A stretch of DNA of 32,000 bases from an uncultured Chloroflexia bacterium (GTDB lineage: Bacteria > Chloroflexota > Anaerolineae > Anaerolineales > Anaerolineaceae), in contig OY969938.1 of NCBI GenBank assembly GCA_963704755.1, positions 1-32,000 of the forward strand. Reading direction: 5' to 3'. A model generated the notes under the pieces. The model made no database searches and was not told the origin of the DNA. It worked only from the letters and a program-made list of their open reading frames with translations. The translations under genes were made by a program, and so were the position numbers. This document shows positions 24,862 to 32,000 of this stretch, piece by piece; the stretch's first letter is position 1, and every line of letters begins with the position of its first letter.

Positions 24862-26364
24862 TTGAAACGGAAAAAGAATAGTAAATTTGCTTTAATTGCC
24901 AGCATCGTGTTTTTATTAGCGGGATTTGCCCTGGGGATCACGCAATGGTTGCAATATTCCAGTCAACCGGATGTGTTCCCAGCCGGCTCTAAGTGGGGGA
25001 GTTTCGATGTGGCCGGTTTGTCGGTCACCCAGGCACAGGACCTGATCCAGGCGACTTTCGATGCGCCGATTGCATTGAATTACCAGGGTCAAACCATCCA
25101 GGTGGACCCAAACGACCTGGGTTATACCCTGGATGACGCCGACCCGCAGGCTGCCCGGCAGTCACCGACCGGTTTGGCCGGCTTCTGGAGTTTTTTGCAA
25201 GGAAAACGGCCGTCCGCGGTTACCCTGGACTTGCCGACGCACCTTGACGATGCGGTTTTGACAGATTACCTGAAGAACCAGGTCGCTCCTCATTATGACC
25301 AGCCTGAGACCGAGGCTGTGCCGATCGCGGGCACGACCGAATTTACGCCCGGACAACCGGGCTACCAACTGAATGTGGATGCCTCGGCAGCGGTGGTCAA
25401 ACAGGCGCTGGAGAATGGCAGCCGCAGTGTGGACCTGGTAGTCAATTCTGTCCCGGCGGGCGGAGTCAGCCCGGCCAACCTGGAAACCTTCATCCGCCAA
25501 CAGATCCAGGCGGCGGGTTTCAATGGCATCGCCGAACTCTACACTCGTAATCTCAAAACGGGCGAAGAAGTCCACTTTGCCTTGCAAAATAACCAGGAAG
25601 TGGACCCTGGTATTTCTTTTTCAGCGGCCAGTACGATCAAAATTCCCATCCTGGTTTCGATCATGCGCCGGACGGACATGCCGGTACCGGACGGCATCAA
25701 TACTTTAATCGAAGATATGATCATCTACTCGGAGAACCCACCGGCGGATGATTTGATGAACGAAGTCATCGGGCAAAACACGGCTCCACTGGATGTAACC
25801 AGCGATATGCATGCCCTGGGATTGGACGATACATTCCTGGCCGGTTATTTTTATGCGGGTGCACCTTTGCTGCAGGTCTTTCAGACCCAGGCCAATTCCC
25901 GCACCGATATCAACCTGGACCCGGATATCTATAACCAGACCACCCCGGCCGATATGGTCAAGCTGCTGACCGCCATCTACAACTGTGCGGATACGGGCAC
26001 CGGCCTCTTGATCGATACTTTCCCCGGCGAGATTACCAAAGAGAAATGCCAGTACATGCTGGATATGCTCAAGCGCAACAAGATTGGCGTTTTGACCCAG
26101 GCAGGTGTACCGGAAGGCACCGCTGTGGCGCACAAACACGGCTGGACCGAAGAATCCGATGGCTACCTGCACACGCTCAGCGACGTGGCGGTGGTCTTCG
26201 CACCGGATGCCGATTATGTGTTCGTACTCTATTTATACGACCCGATCCAACTACTCTTCGACCCTGGAAATGCCTTGTTTGCCCAGTTGAGCCAACTGGT
26301 CTATAACGCCGACAACCTGGATCATCAGGCCGCCTGGCTGTTCGGCCCGGTGACATACCGATAG
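24862..26364 (+). CDS. Membrane-anchored serine hydrolase, class A beta-lactamase-like
   Basis: 500 aa with a TTG start. N-terminal KRKK plus a TM helix. The C-terminal domain has S-x-x-K (STIK), S-x-N (SEN) and a K-H-G variant of the KTG box. Confidence 0.8.
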   Translation: MKRKKNSKFALIASIVFLLAGFALGITQWLQYSSQPDVFPAGSKWGSFDVAGLSVTQAQDLIQATFDAPIALNYQGQTIQVDPNDLGYTLDDADPQAARQSPTGLAGFWSFLQGKRPSAVTLDLPTHLDDAVLTDYLKNQVAPHYDQPETEAVPIAGTTEFTPGQPGYQLNVDASAAVVKQALENGSRSVDLVVNSVPAGGVSPANLETFIRQQIQAAGFNGIAELYTRNLKTGEEVHFALQNNQEVDPGISFSAASTIKIPILVSIMRRTDMPVPDGINTLIEDMIIYSENPPADDLMNEVIGQNTAPLDVTSDMHALGLDDTFLAGYFYAGAPLLQVFQTQANSRTDINLDPDIYNQTTPADMVKLLTAIYNCADTGTGLLIDTFPGEITKEKCQYMLDMLKRNKIGVLTQAGVPEGTAVAHKHGWTEESDGYLHTLSDVAVVFAPDADYVFVLYLYDPIQLLFDPGNALFAQLSQLVYNADNLDHQAAWLFGPVTYR

Positions 26365-26371
26365 TTTAATC

Positions 26372-26408
26372 AAAAAACAGGCAGCGGTTTCTTCTCTGCC
26401 TGTTTTTT
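26372..26408 (+). terminator. Rho-independent terminator (bidirectional form)
   Basis: AAAAAACAGGCAG ... CTGCCTGTTTTTT directly after the hydrolase stop. Confidence 0.65.
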
Positions 26409-26430
26409 ATAGAAGAATTCGACAGGATTC

Positions 26431-26477
26431 TTTGGGGTTATCCATTTGCGGCTTAGCCGCAAATGGATAACCCCAAA
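26431..26477. repeat. Long perfect palindromic hairpin element H9 (22 bp stem, TTA loop)
   Basis: TTTGGGGTTATCCATTTGCGGC-TTA-GCCGCAAATGGATAACCCCAAA. Lies 6 nt beyond the hypE stop. Confidence 0.9.
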
Positions 26478-26482
26478 TTTTA

Positions 26483-27556
26483 TTAACAAATACGCGGCAG
26501 CATTTCGCCGGCCAACACATCCACGATGCGGGTTGCGCCGATGCTGGTGTGCATCAACACCCGCCCAGCCGGGTCAGGCTGTACGCGACCGATGCGAACG
26601 GCATCGCGCCCGTAAGGATTGGCCCGCATGGCGGCCAGGGCGCTTTCGGCCTCATCCTCAGGCAGGATGACGATCACTTTGCCCTCGTTGGCTACGTAGA
26701 GCGGGTCGAAGCCCAACATTTCACAGACCGAGCGCACGGCCGGCTTCAATGGGATGGTATCTTCTTCGATGAGGATGGCCTGTCTGCTCTGTTCGGCGAT
26801 TTCGTTAAGGGTGGTGGCCAATCCACCGCGGGTCGGGTCGCGTAAAACATGTGTATGCGGGGCGACGTCAAGCACCTGGCGGATCAGATGGTTGAGCGGG
26901 GCGACATCCGATTCGATTTTTGCGCTGAAACCCAGCTCGCCACGTTCGGTCAGCACCGCGATACCGTGATCGCCCATCGTGCCGGAAATCAAGACGGCGT
27001 CGCCGGGTTTGGCCTGGTCGCCGCGAATGATCACCCCTGCGGGGATAAAGCCCACTCCGCTGGTGGTGATGAACAGGCCATCGGCTTTCCCTTTCTCGAT
27101 GACCTTGGTGTCGCCGGCCACGACCTGGACACCGGCTTCCTCTGCCGCCGCTTGCATGGAGGCGAGTACCCGTTGGAGTGTTTCCACCGGCAGGCCTTCT
27201 TCCAAAATAAAGCCGGCGGTCAAATAGAGCGGCGCCGCGCCGGACATGGCCACGTCGTTGACCGTGCCGCAAATAGCCAGCCGGCCGATGTCACCGCCGG
27301 GGAAAAAAAGCGGCGAAACGATATGGCAATCGGTCGATATGGCCAGGCTGCCGGCCCCGTTCCAGGCGTGAACGTCGGCAAAATCATTACCCTGCTCCAG
27401 GGCCGGATTGGAAAGGTAAGGTTTAAATACCTTGTCGATCAATTCGCGGGTCATGCCGCCGCCACTGCCATGGCCCATCACGATTGTCTCATTGTGGCGT
27501 AGGGGAACCGGGCAGACCGGTCCTTCTATCGTAGGTATATTTTCCATAGGCTGCAT
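26483..27556 (-). CDS. hypE: Hydrogenase maturation protein HypE
   Basis: AIR-synthase-like fold sequence with the diagnostic C-terminal PRIC. The ATGATG start overlaps the hypD TGA. The upstream extension to 27613 lies inside hypD. Confidence 0.95.
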   Translation of the reverse strand: MQPMENIPTIEGPVCPVPLRHNETIVMGHGSGGGMTRELIDKVFKPYLSNPALEQGNDFADVHAWNGAGSLAISTDCHIVSPLFFPGGDIGRLAICGTVNDVAMSGAAPLYLTAGFILEEGLPVETLQRVLASMQAAAEEAGVQVVAGDTKVIEKGKADGLFITTSGVGFIPAGVIIRGDQAKPGDAVLISGTMGDHGIAVLTERGELGFSAKIESDVAPLNHLIRQVLDVAPHTHVLRDPTRGGLATTLNEIAEQSRQAILIEEDTIPLKPAVRSVCEMLGFDPLYVANEGKVIVILPEDEAESALAAMRANPYGRDAVRIGRVQPDPAGRVLMHTSIGATRIVDVLAGEMLPRIC

Positions 27557-28674
27557 CATCTTTCTTGAGGAACCGTCGCGTTCAAGCGCGAGTAGCGATA
27601 ATAAGCAGCGCAAGCCCCTTCAGCCGAGACCATCGGAGCGCCCAAGGGCGTCTGGGGTGTGCATTGTTTGGCATAAGCCGGGCATTCGAAGGGTTTCTTT
27701 AGCCCCTGCAAAATCTGACCGGCGATGCACAGCGGTGATTCTTTGGTCTGGATGTGCTCGACCTGGAAGCGTTTTTCCGCATCGAATTCGGCGTATTCGG
27801 GGGTCAATCCCCAGCCGCTCATCGGAATGGTTCCAATCCCGCGCCAGTTGCGATCGACCGGCTGGTAAACTTTGAAGATAATATCCTGGGCAGCCCGGTT
27901 ACCCTCGCGCGTCACCGCCCGGGCATAGGCATTCTCGACGTCTACCCGGCCTTTTTCGAGCATTTTGACCACAGTCAGGATGCCGTGGACCAGATCAAGC
28001 GGCTCGAAGCCGGTGACGGCCATGGGGACACCGTACTTTTCTGCGAGGGGAAAATACTCGTTGTAGCCCATTACGGTGCAAACGTGGCCGGCCAGCAGGA
28101 ACCCTTGTACCCGGTTCAGAGGCGAGCCCAGGATGGCGTGCATGGCCGGTGGAACGCATACTTGCGACACCAGCAAAGAAAAATTCTTCAAGCCGAGCAT
28201 TTTGGCCTGGACGGCGCTCATGGCATTGGCCGGAGCGGTCGTTTCAAACCCGATGGCGAAAAAGACGACCTGTTTATCGGGGTTTTGTTGGGCTATCTTG
28301 ACTGCATCCAAGGGTGAATAGACAACCCGCACCGATCCGCCGGCAGCGCGGATAGAAAACAGGTCCCGCTGTGAACCCGGCACGCGCAGCATATCGCCGT
28401 AAGAACAGAAAATAACATCGGGCTGCGAGGCAATTTCGAGGGCTTTGTCGATCAGCTCAAGTGAAGTCACGCAGACCGGGCAGCCCGGCCCGTGCACCAG
28501 CTCGATTTCCTTAGGCAGGATCTGGTCCAGGCCAGATTGCAAAATGGCGTGGGTCTGGCCGCCGCAGATTTCCATAATCACCCAGGGGCGGGTGACCGTG
28601 CGCTCGATTTCTTCCAGAACGCCTTTGACCAGGTGGGCATCCCGGAATGAATTCGTGAAATTAGATAAATTCAT
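27556..28674 (-). CDS. hypD: Hydrogenase maturation protein HypD
   Basis: 372 aa. CGGQTH and GPGCPVCV motifs. Confidence 0.96.
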   Translation of the reverse strand: MNLSNFTNSFRDAHLVKGVLEEIERTVTRPWVIMEICGGQTHAILQSGLDQILPKEIELVHGPGCPVCVTSLELIDKALEIASQPDVIFCSYGDMLRVPGSQRDLFSIRAAGGSVRVVYSPLDAVKIAQQNPDKQVVFFAIGFETTAPANAMSAVQAKMLGLKNFSLLVSQVCVPPAMHAILGSPLNRVQGFLLAGHVCTVMGYNEYFPLAEKYGVPMAVTGFEPLDLVHGILTVVKMLEKGRVDVENAYARAVTREGNRAAQDIIFKVYQPVDRNWRGIGTIPMSGWGLTPEYAEFDAEKRFQVEHIQTKESPLCIAGQILQGLKKPFECPAYAKQCTPQTPLGAPMVSAEGACAAYYRYSRLNATVPQER

Positions 28675-28695
28675 GCGCGTCCGCTTTTCATAATC

Positions 28696-28944
28696 TTATT
28701 CGGGATTGAGTTCCCGATCGATAATGCCTGCCTCGCGCAGCAGGTTCAAGGTATCCATGGCTTCTTCCGGGCTGAGCAGGTTCAATGCAAACCCGGCATG
28801 GATGATGGTGTAGTCGCCCGGTTGAGCTTCGGGTAACGTCTCTATGCAGACAACCTGGGTGACTTCGCCAAAATCGACCTTGGCCATTTTCAGCCCATTC
28901 TGGTCGTAAACCTCTATTATTTTTCCGGGTATTCCTAGACACAT
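28696..28944 (-). CDS. hypC: Hydrogenase assembly chaperone HypC
   Basis: 82 aa. N-terminal MCLGIPGKI with the essential Cys2. Confidence 0.93.
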   Translation of the reverse strand: MCLGIPGKIIEVYDQNGLKMAKVDFGEVTQVVCIETLPEAQPGDYTIIHAGFALNLLSPEEAMDTLNLLREAGIIDRELNPE

Positions 28945-28989
28945 GTTTGCACCTGTTTTGTTCTGTAATTCGAGATGAATATCTCGTTT

Positions 28990-29118
28990 TTATAGGTCTG
29001 GGTAGGCTGCCGCGGCGATCAAGGCCTGTCCCAGGGCAATCCCGCCGTCATTGACCGGCACCCAGCGTTGGGTAAGCACATGAAAACCGGCTTTATCGAG
29101 CAAGGAGAGAGTTCTTGG
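28990..29118 (-). other. hypF: Displaced out-of-frame 3' coding segment of hypF
   Basis: An alternate minus-strand frame reads ...LSLLDKAGFHVLTQRWVPVNDGGIALGQALIAAAAYPDL-stop (stop at 28990-28992). This is the expected HypF C-terminus that the main ORF lacks. Confidence 0.8.
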
Positions 29119-31282
29119 TCAGCAAAACTTTGTTCTGCCAGACGCCGCCGCTCAAGGCGATGGTCTCTACTGCATTGGACCGGCGCAGTTCCTGGCTGAT
29201 TTCCAAAACCAATGCCGCCACGCTGTTATGGAAGCGGGCCGAAAGGGTCGCCGCGGGGATGCCGGCCTGCCAATCTCGTAAGAGGGCTTCCAGCAGAGGG
29301 GCTGTATCGATCACCCCTGACTGCCGGTCGAACGAATATCGTCCCTCTTCGTCCGGATCGGCGGCGGCTTCCAGTTCGATGGCTGCCTGGCCTTCATAGG
29401 TGGCGTTGTACCGCACGCCACACAAAGCTGAGACCGCGTCGAACAACCGGCCCATGCTGGAAGTCAGAGGGGTATTGATCTGTTTATCCAGTTGCGACCG
29501 CAGGATGGTCCGGTCTTCGGCGCATAACTGCTTGACCGGCAGGAATTCCGGGTCCCAGGGGATGCCGGCCGACCACAGGTAAGCCAAAGCCATGCGGCTG
29601 ACATTGCGCACGGCCAGGTCTCCGCCCGGTAGGGGAGTGTATTTGAGGTGATAAGCGCGCTGGTAGCCCTTGTAGCCGCCCAGAAGGAATTCACCGCCCC
29701 AGATGGCCCCGTCGGTGCCGTAGCCGGTGCCATCGAAGCTGACACCCAGGACCGGCTCGGGGTTGACCCAGCCGTTTTCGGCCAGGCAGGCGGCCAGGTG
29801 TGCATGGTGATGTTGGATTTCAACCAGGGGCAGTTTTTCCTGTGCGGCCCGCTGGCGGGCGTAGCGGCTGGCCAGGTAATTCGGGTGCAAATCGCAGGCA
29901 ATGACTTCCGGCCGGATGCGAAACAAACGCTCATAATGGCTGACGCCTTCCTCGAATGAGCGCAGTGTTTCGTAGTTCTCCATGTCGCCAATGTGGTGGC
30001 TGAGGAACGCATACTGTTTTCGAGTGAGGCAAAAAGCATTCTTTAGTTCAGCCCCGGTGGCTAAAATAGGCGGTACTTCCTGGGCCAGGCGAATCGGATC
30101 CGGGGCGTAACCGCGCGCCCGGCGGAGCATGCGAGGCTGTCCAGCCAGTACCCGCACCACCAAATCGTCGACGCGCATGTGGATTTCACGGTCGTGCAGC
30201 AGGAATGCATCCGCCAGGCCGTCCAGGCGGGTGCGGGCATCCTCATCCTGATAGGCAATCGGCTCTTCACTCAGGTTGGCGCTGGTCATCACCAGGCAGT
30301 CCGGGAAACCGGGCTCCGGCTCGAGCAAGAGCAAATGCAGGGGCGTGTAAGCTAACATGAAGCCCAGGGTGGTCTGGTTAGGCGCCACCGATGGGGCGAT
30401 GGAAGATCCGGCTTGACGCTGCAGCAGTACGATGGGGTGCTGAGGGGATTGAAGCAATGTGCGTTCGGTCGCATCGACTGAGCAGTATTTTTCGATCGTC
30501 TTCAGATCGAAGGTCATCAACGCAAAGGCTTTGTCGCTGCGTTTCTTGCGCTGGCGCAGCTCGTCCACAACGCTGGAATTGGTCGCATCGCAGGCCAGGT
30601 GATAGCCGCCCAGCCCTTTGATGGCCAGGATCTTGCCTGCGCGTATCGCCTGGCGAGCAGCTTGCAGCGCGTCTTCACGGCGGGCCAGAACTTTCCCGCC
30701 GGCTTCCAGCCAGATCTGCGGCCCACATTCCGGGCAGGCGACCGGTTGGGCGTGGAAGCGCCGGTCGGCGGGGTTTTCGTACTCAGTCCGGCAATCGGGA
30801 CACATTTCGAAGGGGGCCATGGTCGTCAAGGGGCGGTCGTAGGGTATATCGCGGATGATGGTGAAGCGCGGCCCGCAGTTGGTGCAGTTGATGAATGGAT
30901 AACGGTAGCGCCGGTCGTGGGGGTCGAACAGCTCTCGGGCGCAATCCGGGCAGATAGCCATATCGGCCGAGACGGGAATAAAATCACCCGCCTGGGCGTG
31001 GCTTTCCAGGATCGTAAAAGATGTGTAGTGGTCTGGCTCAAGGGGAGTGACTTCGATCTGGTCGATATGGGCCAGGGGAGGCGGCTCGTTGCGCAGCGCT
31101 GCCATAAATTGGTAGATGGCAGCCGGCTGGCCGTTGATCTCGATCTCGACGCCGGCCGAAGTGTTGCGCACCCAGCCGGTCAACGAATTGCGTGTAGCCA
31201 AGTTGTAAATAAATGGCCGGAAGCCTACTCCCTGGACAACGCCCCTTACCCAGATCTTGCAGGCTGCCTTTGGCGAATTCAT
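29093..31282 (-). CDS. hypF: Carbamoyltransferase HypF, 3' end truncated by a frameshift
   Basis: 729 aa. Acylphosphatase domain (VRGVVQGVGFRPF), two zinc-finger pairs (CPDC...CTNCGPRF; CPDC...CPECGP), then YrdC-like and Kae1-like domains. The ORF ends abnormally at ...GGVWQNKVLLTKNSLLAR. The ATG overlaps the hypB stop (ATGA). Confidence 0.93.
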   Translation of the reverse strand: MNSPKAACKIWVRGVVQGVGFRPFIYNLATRNSLTGWVRNTSAGVEIEINGQPAAIYQFMAALRNEPPPLAHIDQIEVTPLEPDHYTSFTILESHAQAGDFIPVSADMAICPDCARELFDPHDRRYRYPFINCTNCGPRFTIIRDIPYDRPLTTMAPFEMCPDCRTEYENPADRRFHAQPVACPECGPQIWLEAGGKVLARREDALQAARQAIRAGKILAIKGLGGYHLACDATNSSVVDELRQRKKRSDKAFALMTFDLKTIEKYCSVDATERTLLQSPQHPIVLLQRQAGSSIAPSVAPNQTTLGFMLAYTPLHLLLLEPEPGFPDCLVMTSANLSEEPIAYQDEDARTRLDGLADAFLLHDREIHMRVDDLVVRVLAGQPRMLRRARGYAPDPIRLAQEVPPILATGAELKNAFCLTRKQYAFLSHHIGDMENYETLRSFEEGVSHYERLFRIRPEVIACDLHPNYLASRYARQRAAQEKLPLVEIQHHHAHLAACLAENGWVNPEPVLGVSFDGTGYGTDGAIWGGEFLLGGYKGYQRAYHLKYTPLPGGDLAVRNVSRMALAYLWSAGIPWDPEFLPVKQLCAEDRTILRSQLDKQINTPLTSSMGRLFDAVSALCGVRYNATYEGQAAIELEAAADPDEEGRYSFDRQSGVIDTAPLLEALLRDWQAGIPAATLSARFHNSVAALVLEISQELRRSNAVETIALSGGVWQNKVLLTKNSLLAR

Positions 31283-31950
31283 TTAACGCGGTTGCCTTCG
31301 ATGCGAGCGCTCAGCCAGTCTGTCCAGGCCTGTACGCCTTCACCGGTCTTGCAGGAGAGCGGGAAGGTAATCAGCCCAGGGTTGAGCATTTCGACGCCCT
31401 GGCGAAAATAGTCCATATTGAAATCGATGTAGGGGGTCAGATCGGTCTTGTTGATGATCAAGACTTCCAGGCCCCGGTAGATGTTGGGGTACTTGTAAGG
31501 CTTATCGTCGCCTTCGGGGATACTGGCTACCAGAATGTTCAGGTGGGTACCCAGGGTGAATGCAGCCGGGCAGATGAGGTTGCCCACATTTTCGACGATC
31601 ACCAGGTCCAGGCCGGTCAAGGGGAGCTGGCTTAGTCCCGCTTTGAGCATGACGGCATCCAGGTGGCAATCGCCGCCGGTATTGATTTGCACAGCCGGCA
31701 TACCAACCGCCGTGATCTTATCGGCATCGATGGTGACCGGGGCCGTATCGCCTTCAATAACGCCAATCTTGTAGCGGTTTTCGAGGGAATGAATAGTTTT
31801 GAGGATAAAGCTGGTTTTTCCAGCGCCGGGTGAGGCCATCAGGTTGATCCCCAGCACCCGATTCTGGTCCAGTAAGCCCTGGTTTAATTGGGCAACCTGG
31901 TCGTTTGCATCGAGAATTTTTTCAACAACCGGGACACGTGATACAGGCAT
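31279..31950 (-). CDS. hypB: Hydrogenase nickel-incorporation GTPase HypB
   Basis: P-loop GSPGAGKTS-like (ASPGAGKTSF), CH motif GGDCHLDA, and NKTDL. The ATG at 31950 is preceded by GAGGTG and is preferred over the GTG at 31959. Confidence 0.94.
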   Translation of the reverse strand: MPVSRVPVVEKILDANDQVAQLNQGLLDQNRVLGINLMASPGAGKTSFILKTIHSLENRYKIGVIEGDTAPVTIDADKITAVGMPAVQINTGGDCHLDAVMLKAGLSQLPLTGLDLVIVENVGNLICPAAFTLGTHLNILVASIPEGDDKPYKYPNIYRGLEVLIINKTDLTPYIDFNMDYFRQGVEMLNPGLITFPLSCKTGEGVQAWTDWLSARIEGNRVK

Positions 31951-31960
31951 AAAAGTCACC

Positions 31961-32000
31961 TCAAGGTTTTTCGACGCCGATACTTTCCAGGTAGAATTCT
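31961..32000 (-). CDS. hypA: 3' end of probable hypA (partial, runs off the window)
   Basis: Only 12 codons visible (EFYLESIGVEKP-stop). The position immediately upstream of hypB and the ...SI.VE ending fit HypA. Confidence 0.4.
   Translation of the reverse strand, partial: EFYLESIGVEKP

Noticed and set aside
6300-26477. Long hairpins as tRNA, CRISPR repeats or IS terminal inverted repeats
   Set aside because: There is no cloverleaf or anticodon architecture and no repeat-spacer periodicity. No transposase ORF lies between or near the arms, which are separated by only 3-9 nt.
26483-32000. Expectation of hydrogenase structural genes next to the hyp operon
   Set aside because: None are present in the window. 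The region downstream of hypE is a convergent hydrolase gene, and upstream of hypA lies outside the window, so nothing can be said.

Overview
Moderately GC-rich bacterial chromosomal window made mostly of housekeeping genes. The gene content and operon style suggest Chloroflexota, but that is a weak guess. Left to right: a non-coding leader with a 29-30 nt tandem repeat; a plus-strand pentose-phosphate operon (tkt, rpiB, fused transaldolase/glucose-6-P isomerase); a minus-strand ROK sugar kinase plus an unknown membrane-anchored protein; an orphan alpha-oxoamine synthase; degV; a frameshifted corA; an SCP2 protein. A complete SUF Fe-S system follows: sufR-sufT diverge from sufCBD, then a spacer, a small unknown ORF, sufS, sufU and a Rieske ferredoxin. 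Next come a tightly coupled methyltransferase / PIG-L deacetylase / ATP-grasp operon, a zinc-ribbon membrane protein, a membrane-anchored class-A beta-lactamase-like hydrolase, and a minus-strand hypA(partial)-B-F-C-D-E operon. No rRNA, tRNA, CRISPR, transposase or phage genes were seen. The most unusual signal is non-coding: nine long, internally perfect hairpins (16-33 bp stems) lie in the intergenic spacers they occupy between 6.3 and 26.5 kb. They share mosaic sequence modules and GAA/GAAA loops, and often sit beside ordinary terminators or inside divergent promoter regions. Also notable: single-base frameshifts in corA and hypF that share a GAGTTCT context; the deacetylase/ligase/methyltransferase trio abutting the suf genes; and a 345 bp spacer plus small ORF splitting the suf operon.
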